DNA from: an uncultured Muribaculaceae bacterium
GTDB lineage: Bacteria; Bacteroidota; Bacteroidia; Bacteroidales; Muribaculaceae
Reading direction: 5' to 3'
NCBI GenBank assembly: GCA_910586975.1
Contig: CAJUKX010000011.1
Location: forward strand, 9,520 to 73,519
Length of the DNA: 64,000 nt
This document shows, piece by piece, positions 47,615-57,023 of this stretch; within the stretch, counting starts at the first letter, position 1, and each line of letters starts with the position of its first letter. The notes beneath the pieces were generated by a model that worked only from the letters and a program-made list of their open reading frames with translations, did no database searches and was not told where the DNA came from. Both the position numbers and the translations under genes were made by a program.

Positions 47615-47973
47615 TGGATTTTCACGCAGAGAAACCGATATATCAGCAGATTGTAGACTACGCGTTTGCCAAGATACTGAGCGGCGAGTGGCCCGAGGGC
47701 AAACGCATACCCTCGGTGCGCGAACTCGCGGCGCTGATGTGTGTAAACACCCACACCATACTCAAGGCATACGATTATCTGCAACTGCTCGACATAATAA
47801 TGGTAAAACGAGGCATGGGATATTATCTGGCCGAAAACGCCCATGCCAAAGTGAACGAATCGCGCCGCAAGACATTCCTGTCGACCACAGCCCCGGCTTT
47901 CTTCCGCGAAATGAAGCTGCTCGGGCTTACGGTAGAGGAGGTCCTTGCCGCCGCAGACTTGGAGGGTGTTTGA
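47614..47973 (+). CDS. GntR family regulator, YtrA subfamily
   Basis: 119 aa; PIYQQI, RIPSVRELA, KRGMG. Confidence 0.92.
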   Translation: MDFHAEKPIYQQIVDYAFAKILSGEWPEGKRIPSVRELAALMCVNTHTILKAYDYLQLLDIIMVKRGMGYYLAENAHAKVNESRRKTFLSTTAPAFFREMKLLGLTVEEVLAAADLEGV

Positions 47974-48091
47974 CAACAACTGTTAAACTTACTCACTGTT
48001 GAATTTTTTTGCAATCTTTCTCTAACTTTTGTCAGTTTCTGTGTGTTAGTATAGAAAAAATATTCTAATCTAACCCTTCAACTAACTATTT

Positions 48092-49543
48092 ATGAGAAAG
48101 ATAATGCTACTGGCCGTTTTAATACTGCTCACGGCCTCCGGAATATGGGCCGACACCCAGTCCGACTTTTCAAAGCATATTTCCGCGTACAATTCACAAA
48201 TTGCAGCGCGGCAATATCTACCCGCAGCCAAGTCGATAAGTAAAGCGGCCGAAGCTTGTATTTCTGTTAAAAATTACGAAGGCGCATTTTCCGTAATAGG
48301 AAATATGGATAAGATTTTGGCCTCGCGCAAAGTCACCGCCGATTCTCTTCCCGCAGTTTATTATACTTTGGCCAAGGCCCGTTTCAACGCTTACCAGACC
48401 ATGCACAACTCGCAGGCCGCCCAGAATCAGCTCACCAAAATGGCCGCATACGCCAAAGCTGCAGGTTCCAAGGAGTTGATGAACAGCCTGCTGTACAATT
48501 CAGCACAATTCTACTATGCCAACGGCCAGCCGGGTAAGGGCGACCAATGTATATCGAAGCTGATAAGGCAATACGACGGCGCCCGCGATTATAAGGCAGC
48601 CGATGCAGCATATCAGAAGCTTATCAAACAGGCCGTAAGCTCTAACAACGCCACTATGGTTGAGCATACTTATGAGAATTATATGAAATGGTCTGACTCT
48701 ATTGACGCTATCAACGCCGACACCGCGCTTGGCAAGGTAAAGCAGGAATATGCCGCCAGCCAGGAGACGATAGCTCAGAAAGACAAGACTATAAAGGGCA
48801 AGACAGGCCTGATGGCTACTTTCCTCATACTTTTCATCGCCGCACTGGGCGCGCTCGGAGTAGGTGTATGGTTCTACTTCCGCATCGTGGCCAAGAACCG
48901 CCGTCTCCGCGAAAGCGTGGAAGCCGCCAATGAGCAAAGTGCCGCCAAGAGTGCCATTCTGCACAATATGTCGTCGACCGTTGAGCCTACGCTCGAAAAA
49001 CTCGATGAGGGCAATCCGGCCGTGCAGAAGCTCAGAGGTTACATGAGGCGCGTTGGCGAATTGTCTGACGTAGGCAACGCCACTCCCCGCGAGCCTGAAG
49101 AACTGGAAGATGTGAATGTTGAAAAATTCTGTGCCGACCTCATCGACGAGATTCGTCCGATGCTCAAACCGGGTGTATCGGTTCACCTCGATGCCAACAA
49201 GGGCACTGCCCGACTCGATGCCGATGAAGTCAAGAAGATATTGATGCACCTGCTTGAGAACGCCGCCAAGTACACACCGGCCGACGGCAAGATTTACCTC
49301 ACTTACAAGAAACGCGGTGCCAAGGTTCATCAGTTCTCTGTAGCCGACTCAGGCCCCGGCATACCCAAGGAACGCCATGCCACAATTTTCACCGCATTTT
49401 CAAACGGAGTGGTCGACCTCGACTACGGCGACGGACTGGGACTGCCTATCTGCGCACTGCGTGCCGGCAAACTCGGCGGAAAACTCGAGATTGACAGCGA
49501 CCGCACCAAAGGCGCTACCTTTATCCTTACTGTCAGAGCTTGA
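48092..49543 (+). CDS. Membrane sensor histidine-kinase-like protein with a degenerate H-box
   Basis: Signal peptide, helical periplasmic region, TM, HATPase N/G boxes (LLENAAKYT, DSGPGI, GDGLGL); H-box reads ILHNMSSTVEPTL. Confidence 0.85.
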   Translation: MRKIMLLAVLILLTASGIWADTQSDFSKHISAYNSQIAARQYLPAAKSISKAAEACISVKNYEGAFSVIGNMDKILASRKVTADSLPAVYYTLAKARFNAYQTMHNSQAAQNQLTKMAAYAKAAGSKELMNSLLYNSAQFYYANGQPGKGDQCISKLIRQYDGARDYKAADAAYQKLIKQAVSSNNATMVEHTYENYMKWSDSIDAINADTALGKVKQEYAASQETIAQKDKTIKGKTGLMATFLILFIAALGALGVGVWFYFRIVAKNRRLRESVEAANEQSAAKSAILHNMSSTVEPTLEKLDEGNPAVQKLRGYMRRVGELSDVGNATPREPEELEDVNVEKFCADLIDEIRPMLKPGVSVHLDANKGTARLDADEVKKILMHLLENAAKYTPADGKIYLTYKKRGAKVHQFSVADSGPGIPKERHATIFTAFSNGVVDLDYGDGLGLPICALRAGKLGGKLEIDSDRTKGATFILTVRA

Positions 49544-50231
49544 ATTTCTCAAATACTTGATTGCGATAGGTGTCACCGACCGGTATGTCGGTGGCACCTA
49601 CCACTATATGGGTACGGCTGATAGACTCGACCTTGTCGACTGCCACGATAAACGAACGGTGCACACGCACAAACCTGTCGTCGGGCAATGTCTGAGCCAC
49701 TGCCTTAAGGCTCATCTGGGTAAGCAGAGGACGCTCGCGGCCTTTCAGGAAAATCTTCACATAGTCCTTAAGCCCTTCCACATACAATATATCGTCGTAG
49801 TCCACCCTTACAAACTTATAGTCGCTTCTCACCATCATGAATGCTTCAGGCTCAGGCTCATCCACATCATGAAGCAGAGCTACGGCTCGCGCTACAGCAT
49901 CTGAAAACTCCTCGTAGCTGACGGGTTTAAGCAGATAATTGAGCGCGTTAACCCTGAATCCATCCAGGGCAAAATCGCGGTAGGCAGTTATGAAAATCAC
50001 TCCTACATTATTGTCACGGGCCACACTTGCCAGCTCCAGCCCCGACATCTGCGGCATCTGTATGTCGAGAAAAGCAAGGTCAACCCGGCCGTCGCCTATA
50101 GCCTGCAGGGCTTCTTTAGCCGAGGTATACGAGCCTACCGGCTCAAGCGCGGGCGTGCGCTGCACGTAGGTCTCTATAAGGCGCAGAGCCAGCGGCTCAT
50201 CATCGGCAATTATACAACGCAGTTTTTTCAT
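49533..50231 (-). CDS. LytTR family response regulator
   Basis: IADDEPLA, FLDIQMP, LLKP, FVRVHRSFIV; ATG 50231 preferred. Confidence 0.94.
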   Translation of the reverse strand: MKKLRCIIADDEPLALRLIETYVQRTPALEPVGSYTSAKEALQAIGDGRVDLAFLDIQMPQMSGLELASVARDNNVGVIFITAYRDFALDGFRVNALNYLLKPVSYEEFSDAVARAVALLHDVDEPEPEAFMMVRSDYKFVRVDYDDILYVEGLKDYVKIFLKGRERPLLTQMSLKAVAQTLPDDRFVRVHRSFIVAVDKVESISRTHIVVGATDIPVGDTYRNQVFEKFKL

Positions 50232-51295
50232 TTTGAGGGTATTACAAGACATACACGGCACAGATTGTCCTTACCGATTTCTATATCGAGCGATGCCTGG
50301 CCGCCATAAAGCAGCTCAAGGTGGCGCCTGAGATTGGCAAGTCCCACACCGCCGCTGCCCGAATCGAGGCGCGTATCGTTGTCTACACTGTTGACTGTAA
50401 AGCAGCTTATATGCTCGCCATCAGACTCTACCGAAATCTTTATAGGCAGGGATGTATCGGCGGTATTACCATGTTTGAACGCATTTTCTACAAGAGTTAC
50501 AAACAGCAGCGGCGGCATATTGCCCTTCTCCTTGATATTAACGTTCAACTCCACCGGACGCGAGCCCATGCGCAGACGCATGAGTTCCACATAGTTGCGT
50601 ATGAACTCAGCCTCGCGTTCCACCTCCACTTTGTCGGGATTCTCATAAATTACATATCGCAGCAGGCCTGAAAGCTCGTGAACGGCCTTCTGGGCCTCGG
50701 CCGAATCCACGGCTATAAGCGCGTAGATGGTATTGAGGGTGTTGAAAAGAAAGTGAGGGTTGAGCTGGGCGCGAAGGCTCTCGAGCTCGCTTTCGCGCTG
50801 CGAGGCCCTCAGCTCGCGTTGACTGCGCTCAAGCACCTGCCATTGGTTTGAAAGCCTCAGCATTACGGCAAGCGATATGAGCAACAGCAGCATTATGGAG
50901 TCGCGCAGAATAAACGAAGCCTTGGCCATCATTATCTGCAACTGGTCTCTATCGTGATTGAATCGCTTGGGCGCGCCCCCGCTCAGATAGTACATAAGCA
51001 TAGAGGCTCCGGCTACCACCAGCACATTCCAGGCCACGAAGCGCCACCACCTGTTGGGGCCGCCGCGCTCCAGTGTACGCGGTATTATCACAAAAAAATT
51101 CAGATAGAAAACCCCTATCATAATGGCTACCTTAATATAAGCCACCGGGGGCATAGGGCCGCGCCAGGGCGATGCCATGCGCATTAGTACCTCGGGTAGT
51201 ACAAGCAGTATGCCTATGATCAAAATGTGAACAGCCGGCGACAATAGCCGTCGGCTGTCATAGCTCTTTGAGCGGGATGGTGTCTTGCTGTCCAT
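50228..51295 (-). CDS. LytS/YehU-type sensor histidine kinase
   Basis: AQLNPHFLFNTLN, LVENAFKHG, GVGLAN. Confidence 0.93.
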   Translation of the reverse strand: MDSKTPSRSKSYDSRRLLSPAVHILIIGILLVLPEVLMRMASPWRGPMPPVAYIKVAIMIGVFYLNFFVIIPRTLERGGPNRWWRFVAWNVLVVAGASMLMYYLSGGAPKRFNHDRDQLQIMMAKASFILRDSIMLLLLISLAVMLRLSNQWQVLERSQRELRASQRESELESLRAQLNPHFLFNTLNTIYALIAVDSAEAQKAVHELSGLLRYVIYENPDKVEVEREAEFIRNYVELMRLRMGSRPVELNVNIKEKGNMPPLLFVTLVENAFKHGNTADTSLPIKISVESDGEHISCFTVNSVDNDTRLDSGSGGVGLANLRRHLELLYGGQASLDIEIGKDNLCRVCLVIPSK

Positions 51296-51326
51296 GCACC
51301 GATGCGAGGAGATTAAAGTCGGTTTA

Positions 51327-51689
51327 TCAGAAAGGCAGATCCTCGCCGTTGTTCATCGGTTCTACGATTGGAGGAGGAGGTACGGCTCCGGCCATGGGTG
51401 CCTGAGGTGCCACGGGAGCTGCAGCAAGGGGCTCCGATTTCCAGCCGCGGATGCTGGTGTACCAACGGCCCTGATATTCGCGGCTTTCGATATCGAAGCT
51501 CAGACGGATTTCATCGCCCACATTGAGGGGGAACTGGTCGGCACGGTCGCCAAAGAAGTCAAATGCTATCTTGCGGGGATAGTTTTCTTTGGTTTCAAGC
51601 ACATATTCTCTTGACTTCCAGGGGTTACCGGCTTTTGACACGCCTGAACGCTCACCGATAAACTGTATAATTTTTCCTTCTACTTCCAT
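51327..51689 (-). CDS. DUF3127 family protein (OB-fold, SSB-like acidic tail)
   Basis: MEVEGKII...GVSKAGNPW...FDIESREYQGRWYT...EDLPF; ATG 51689 preferred. Confidence 0.85.
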   Translation of the reverse strand: MEVEGKIIQFIGERSGVSKAGNPWKSREYVLETKENYPRKIAFDFFGDRADQFPLNVGDEIRLSFDIESREYQGRWYTSIRGWKSEPLAAAPVAPQAPMAGAVPPPPIVEPMNNGEDLPF

Positions 51690-51764
51690 TATTATATGAG
51701 GTATTAAAATGACATGGTTGGTAAACTTGCCGTATGGGCATAATTTTTGCAAAGATAATATAAT

Positions 51765-51890
51765 TGTGTATAAACGCCAAACAGCGCCCATAAAAACTTT
51801 TAAACAAGTTATTAACAAACTTATCAACATAGTTATCAACATAGTTATCAACATACTTATTAACATAGTTATTAACATTGATGTTGATAA
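51765..51890. other. Cluster of DnaA-box-like 9-mers, candidate oriC
   Basis: TTAT(C/T)AACA at 51809, 51821, 51833, 51845, 51857 and 51869 (12-bp period), inverted TGTTGATAA at 51882, and TGTGTATAA (=TTATACACA) at 51765. Confidence 0.6.
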
Positions 51891-51956
51891 CCGACCACTG
51901 CTTCACTTATGCTATATAACATAATGAAATCAATTGACAATCACCCGAATTTACGC

Positions 51957-51964
51957 TATCTTTG
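51957..51964 (+). promoter_or_regulatory. -7 promoter element for the ior operon
   Basis: TATCTTTG; a divergent TATCTTTG for DUF3127 lies on the minus strand at 51750-51757. Confidence 0.65.
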
Positions 51965-52019
51965 CACGTAAAAATTTATACTATCTGACTAATGCCTGAA
52001 GTGGCTGAAACTTTTTACC

Positions 52020-53642
52020 ATGAAAAACAAACTACTCCTGCTGGGCGATGAAGCGCTTGCCCTCGGTGCTATCAACGCCGGACTATCGGGTGCGTATGCT
52101 TATCCGGGCACACCATCCACCGAGATTCTCGAATACGTTCAGAACAATCCCGTTGCCCGTCTGCGCAAGATACACTCACATTGGTCATCAAACGAAAAGA
52201 CTGCCGTGGAAGAAGCCCTCGGCATGTCGTTCTGCGGTAAACGCGCCATCGTTTCGATGAAACACGTAGGCCTTAACGTGGCCGCCGACCCATTCATGAA
52301 CTCTGCCATGACCGGCGCCAACGGCGGTCTGCTCGTTATTTCGGCCGACGACCCCTCGATGCACTCTTCGCAAAACGAGCAGGACTCTCGTTTCTATGCC
52401 AACTTCGCCATTATCCCGGCTCTTGAGCCCTCCAACCAGCAAGAGGCCTACGACATGGCTCAATACGGCTTCTCGCTCTCAGAGCGCATAGGCATGCCGG
52501 TGATGGTGCGTCTGGTCACCCGCCTGTCTCACTCAAGGGCCGTGGTTGCCGTAGACGCCGAACCCGCTCAGGAAAATCAGTTCAAATATCCCGAAAATAC
52601 AGCACAATGGGTGCTGATGCCCGTAAACTCACGCAAACGCTATAACCAACTGCTTGATCTGCGAGAGGATATGGAGAAGGAAGCCGAGACTTCGCCTTTC
52701 AATACCCTCACCCCGGGTACCGACCGCCGTCTGGGCATCTTGGCATCGGGCATAGCATACAATTATATAATGGAGTGCTTCCCCGGAGGCTGCCCATTCC
52801 CGGTGCTTAAAATTTCGCAATATCCCCTGCCGCGACGCAAAGTAGCCGAGCTGGTTGCATCGTGCGACGCCGTATTGGTAGCCGAAGAAGGCCAGCCTTT
52901 CATCGAACAGGCAATGCGCGGCATACTCGACAACGGCCCCAAAATCTACGGCAAGCTCGACGGCATTCTGCCCCGCGCCGGCGAACTCTCGCCCGACTCA
53001 GTGGCAGCCGGCCTTGGCAAACTGCTCCCCGACCTCAACTTGGCCGTTCAGGTGCGCGAACCGTCAACAACAGTAGTGGCCCGTCCGCCGGCCTTGTGCC
53101 AAGGTTGCGGTCACCGCGATGTGTACGCCGCTCTCAACGCAGCCCTCGACGACTGCGCCTCGCCCAAGGTATTCGGCGACATAGGTTGCTACACTCTGGG
53201 ATGGCTCTCGCCCTTCAATGCCATTGACACCTGCGTGGATATGGGCGCTTCAATCACCATGGCCAAGGGTGCTGCCGATGCAGGCCAACGCCCCGCCGTA
53301 GCCATAATCGGCGACTCTACTTTCACTCACTCGGGCATGACAGGTCTGCTCGATGCCGTGAACGAAAATTCGCCCATTACAGTCATAATCTCTGATAACC
53401 TCACCACAGGTATGACCGGCGGACAAGACTCACAGGGCACCGGCAAGCTCGAAGAAATATGCCTGGGTCTCGGGGTTGACCCCGACCACCTGATGACCAT
53501 CGACTCGCTGCCCAAGAATTTTGAAGACATGAAGAAACTGTTTGCTTCGGAATTTGCATACGAGGGTCTGTCGGTGGTAATTGCCCGCCGCGAGTGCATA
53601 CAGACTGCACGCCGCCACGCCAAAGCTAAAAAATTATCCTAA
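52020..53642 (+). CDS. iorA: Indolepyruvate:ferredoxin oxidoreductase, alpha subunit
   Basis: YPGTPSTE, NEKTA, MKHVGLNVAAD, RPPALCQGCGHR, GDIGCY, GDSTF, MTGGQ. Confidence 0.95.
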   Translation: MKNKLLLLGDEALALGAINAGLSGAYAYPGTPSTEILEYVQNNPVARLRKIHSHWSSNEKTAVEEALGMSFCGKRAIVSMKHVGLNVAADPFMNSAMTGANGGLLVISADDPSMHSSQNEQDSRFYANFAIIPALEPSNQQEAYDMAQYGFSLSERIGMPVMVRLVTRLSHSRAVVAVDAEPAQENQFKYPENTAQWVLMPVNSRKRYNQLLDLREDMEKEAETSPFNTLTPGTDRRLGILASGIAYNYIMECFPGGCPFPVLKISQYPLPRRKVAELVASCDAVLVAEEGQPFIEQAMRGILDNGPKIYGKLDGILPRAGELSPDSVAAGLGKLLPDLNLAVQVREPSTTVVARPPALCQGCGHRDVYAALNAALDDCASPKVFGDIGCYTLGWLSPFNAIDTCVDMGASITMAKGAADAGQRPAVAIIGDSTFTHSGMTGLLDAVNENSPITVIISDNLTTGMTGGQDSQGTGKLEEICLGLGVDPDHLMTIDSLPKNFEDMKKLFASEFAYEGLSVVIARRECIQTARRHAKAKKLS

Positions 53643-53659
53643 CTTTCGAAACTACCAAC

Positions 53660-54232
53660 ATGAAAAAAGACATAATATTAGCCGGAGTCGGGGGTCAGGG
53701 TATCCTCTCTATAGCTACAATCATCGGCAATGCAGCTCTGCGACTCAACATGTATCTCAAGCAAGCCGAAGTACACGGAATGAGCCAGCGTGGCGGCGAT
53801 GTGATGTCGTGCCTGCGCATCAGCACCGACCCCATCGCCTCTGACCTCATTCCCAAGGGTAAGGTCGACCTCATCATCTCGCTCGAACCCATGGAAGCGC
53901 TGCGCTACATAGACCAACTGGCTCCCGACGGTCATATCATCACCTCTACCGAGCCGTTTGTCAACATCCCCACCTATCCCGAGATGGGTACTATACTTCA
54001 GGAACTCGAGAGCCACGGCAACTGCATCATGCTGCCCTGCGAGAACATTGCCAAGGAAGTGGCATCGGCCCGCGCATCAAACATGGTGCTCCTCGGCGCC
54101 GCCACCCCCATGCTCGGCCTTACCACCGACGATATCAAGCAGAGCATACGCGCCGTATTTGAGTCAAAGGGCGAAAAGATAATCAATGATAACCTCGCCG
54201 CCTTCAACGCCGGCCTTGCACACCAGTTCTGA
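53660..54232 (+). CDS. iorB: Indolepyruvate oxidoreductase, beta subunit
   Basis: GVGGQG, EVHGMSQRGG, NMVLLGA. Confidence 0.95.
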   Translation: MKKDIILAGVGGQGILSIATIIGNAALRLNMYLKQAEVHGMSQRGGDVMSCLRISTDPIASDLIPKGKVDLIISLEPMEALRYIDQLAPDGHIITSTEPFVNIPTYPEMGTILQELESHGNCIMLPCENIAKEVASARASNMVLLGAATPMLGLTTDDIKQSIRAVFESKGEKIINDNLAAFNAGLAHQF

Positions 54233-54234
54233 AT

Positions 54235-55545
54235 ATGAATCCCGTTTCCTCCGAACAACTTCACCACGAAATGTCGCAGATGCACATCGAGAATGTTGCT
54301 TCTGCCACCATACGCCAGATTCTTGAGCTCGCCACAAGGCTCGAACAGCATCTTGGCGAGGAATTTGTACACCTCGAAATGGGTAATCCCGGCTTGCCGG
54401 CCTCTGAAATAGGTATCGAAGCCGAGCGCGAGGCTCTGCTCAAGGGCATTGCCAACCAATATCCCAACATTGCCGGCATCAAGCCCCTGAAAGATAATGC
54501 TTCTGAATTTCTCAAGGCATTTCTCAACATCGACATACCGCCGAGGTGCATAGTTCCCACCGTAGGCTCAATGCAGGGCACATTTACCCTGTTCCTGCTT
54601 ATGAGCCAGCGCATCCCGGGCAAAGACACCATACTGTTTCTTGACCCCGGATTCCCCGCACAGCACCACCAGGCCAAGCTGCTCGGTATCAAACAACGCT
54701 CGATCGACATATATGACTGCCGAGGCGAACAGCTCGAGGCCAAGCTCGAAGAAGCCGTTGCCGACGACCGCGTTTCGGCCATCATATACAGCAACCCAAA
54801 CAACCCTGCATGGTTCAACCTCACCGACGAGGAATACAAGGCTCTGGCACGCGTAGCCGAACGCCACGACATCATAATCCTCGAAGACCACGCCTATCTG
54901 GGTATGGACTTCCGCGTGCGCTACGGCCTGCCCTATCAGGAGCCTTACGTGCCCACCATTGCCAACTACACCCACCGCGCCATACTGCTGGTGTCGGCAT
55001 CTAAGATATTCAGCTACGCCGGCCAGCGCATATCGGCCGTGTGCATGACTCCCGAGACCTACGACCGCATATATCCCTTCTTCGAATCATTCTACGACAT
55101 GCCCGCACTGGGCGATGCCTACATCTACGGCATATTGTACTGCGCATCGTCGGGTGTGGCCCACTCGGCCCAGCACGGTTTTGCCGAAATGCTTAAGGCT
55201 GCTGTAGACGGACGCCTTGACTTCGTGAAGGAAAGCCGCGAGTACGGACGCCGCGCCGCCGTTGCCAAAAAGGCATTTACCGACAACGGCTTCTACATCG
55301 TATACGACCGCGACGGCGACCGCCCCATTTCCGACGGTTTCTTCTTCACTGTCTCCTACCCCGGATTCACCGGCACCGAGCTTCAGAAAGAGCTGCTGCG
55401 CTATGGCGTGTCAACCATCTCGCTGCCCTCTACCGGCAGCAAGCAAGAAGGCCTCAGAGTATGCGTGTCGATGCTCAATTCACCCGAAAAGGAAAAGAGC
55501 CTGTATGACCGACTGGCGGCTTTCCATCGCGAACACCCAGTATAA
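54235..55545 (+). CDS. PLP-dependent class I/II aminotransferase
   Basis: YSNPNNP, EDHAY, SASKIFSYAGQR. Confidence 0.92.
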   Translation: MNPVSSEQLHHEMSQMHIENVASATIRQILELATRLEQHLGEEFVHLEMGNPGLPASEIGIEAEREALLKGIANQYPNIAGIKPLKDNASEFLKAFLNIDIPPRCIVPTVGSMQGTFTLFLLMSQRIPGKDTILFLDPGFPAQHHQAKLLGIKQRSIDIYDCRGEQLEAKLEEAVADDRVSAIIYSNPNNPAWFNLTDEEYKALARVAERHDIIILEDHAYLGMDFRVRYGLPYQEPYVPTIANYTHRAILLVSASKIFSYAGQRISAVCMTPETYDRIYPFFESFYDMPALGDAYIYGILYCASSGVAHSAQHGFAEMLKAAVDGRLDFVKESREYGRRAAVAKKAFTDNGFYIVYDRDGDRPISDGFFFTVSYPGFTGTELQKELLRYGVSTISLPSTGSKQEGLRVCVSMLNSPEKEKSLYDRLAAFHREHPV

Positions 55546-55556
55546 CACAAAAACAA

Positions 55557-56882
55557 ATGTCAAAACACGATATACCCAATCTGATGTCGGCCGACGAGGC
55601 CGTGAAGCTGATAAAAAGCGGCGACCACGTATATATACAGGGCAGTACATCAATACCCGAGACTCTGGTGGCGGCTATGACCCGCCGTGGCCACGAACTG
55701 CGCGGTGTTGTACTGCACTCAGGATTCTCTGTAGCCGACCGCGAAGCACCTTACTGCAAGCCCGAGTACATAGACTCATTCCTGGTTGACACCTGCTTCG
55801 TGTCAAACAATGTACGCAAGTGGATTGCAGCCGGCTACGGCACCACCACCCCGGGATTTCTGGGCGAGGTACCGCGCTTCTTCACCGACGGCTCATGGGG
55901 ATGCGACGTGGCTCTGCTCAACTGCTCCATGCCCGACGAGAACGGCTATGTGAGCTTCGGCGTATCGGCCGACCTGGCTACCTCGGCAGCCCGCGCGGCA
56001 AAGCTGGTAATAGCACAGCTCAACCCCCACATGCCCTACAGCTACGGCGACCCGGTGATACACGTCAGCGAGCTGGCTGCCGCCGTGCTCGTAGACGATC
56101 CGCTGGTTGAAGTTCCTACACCCGAACCCGGACCGGCCGAAACCGCCATTGGCAATGCCATTGCAGAACACATACCCGACGGTGCCACCCTGCAGATAGG
56201 AGTGGGAGGCATACCAAATGCCGTGATACGCGCACTGTCGTCGCACAAGCACCTTGGACTACACACCGAGGCCATGACCGACGGCGTACTGCCGCTGATA
56301 CGTGCCGGCGTAATCGACAATTCGCTCAAGAAAGTGCATCCCGGCAAGTCGGTGGCATGCCTGGCCCTGGGCTCGCGCAAGCTATACGAACTGATGGATT
56401 ATAACAAAGAGATGATTTTCAAGGACGTGGCATATACCAACGACCCCTTTATCATCGGTCAGAATCCAAAGGTAATGGCCATTAACTCATGTCTGGAAAT
56501 AGACCTTACCGGACAGATCTGCGCCGACTCGATAGGCACAACCATCTTCTCGGGCATAGGCGGACAGCACGACTTCGTATACGGCGCATCGCGCAGCGAG
56601 GGTGGACGCTCGTTCATAGCCATGACCTCGACCACCTCCAAGGGCTTGGGCAAGATAAAACCAGTGCTTACCCCCGGAGCCGGAGTCGTAACAACCCGAT
56701 TCCAGACCAACTACGTGGTGACTGAGCACGGAATAGTGGACCTGCACGGCAAAAACCTGCCCGAAAGAGCCAAGCTGCTCATCTCAATAGCAAATCCCGC
56801 CGACCGCGAAGCCCTCGACCGCGCCGCCCGCGAACGCTTCGGCCACATCTACAACAACACAAGCTACGAACAGGTAAAATAA
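55557..56882 (+). CDS. Acetyl-CoA hydrolase/transferase family CoA-transferase
   Basis: DGATLQIGVG, GLHTE, SGIGGQHDF, VTEHG. Confidence 0.93.
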   Translation: MSKHDIPNLMSADEAVKLIKSGDHVYIQGSTSIPETLVAAMTRRGHELRGVVLHSGFSVADREAPYCKPEYIDSFLVDTCFVSNNVRKWIAAGYGTTTPGFLGEVPRFFTDGSWGCDVALLNCSMPDENGYVSFGVSADLATSAARAAKLVIAQLNPHMPYSYGDPVIHVSELAAAVLVDDPLVEVPTPEPGPAETAIGNAIAEHIPDGATLQIGVGGIPNAVIRALSSHKHLGLHTEAMTDGVLPLIRAGVIDNSLKKVHPGKSVACLALGSRKLYELMDYNKEMIFKDVAYTNDPFIIGQNPKVMAINSCLEIDLTGQICADSIGTTIFSGIGGQHDFVYGASRSEGGRSFIAMTSTTSKGLGKIKPVLTPGAGVVTTRFQTNYVVTEHGIVDLHGKNLPERAKLLISIANPADREALDRAARERFGHIYNNTSYEQVK

Positions 56883-56902
56883 ACCCACCCTCCACACACA
56901 CC

Positions 56903-56945
56903 CGCCCCCACTGCAATTGGGCTTGCAGTGGGGGCGTTAGTTTTT
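56903..56945 (+). terminator. Intrinsic terminator of the ior operon
   Basis: CGCCCCCACTGCAA / TTGCAGTGGGGGCG stem followed by TTAGTTTTT. Confidence 0.85.
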
Positions 56946-56947
56946 GG

Positions 56948-57001
56948 GGGAAGATTGGGAGAGGTTGGGAATTTTGGAAGATTTTATGGATTGGGATTAT
57001 T
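56948..57001. repeat. Degenerate 9-bp tandem repeat (GGGAAGATT-like), about 6 units
   Basis: gggaagatt gggagaggt tgggaattt tggaagatt ttatggatt gggattatt. Confidence 0.6.
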
Positions 57002-57023
57002 TTGGTAGGCTTTCATCATTCCC

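Noticed and set aside
51690..51924. N-terminal extension MLITMLISMLIT... of DUF3127 and overlapping ORFs with repetitive peptides
   Set aside because: These are translation artefacts of the 12-bp DNA repeat; a good ATG and promoter lie at 51689 and 51750.
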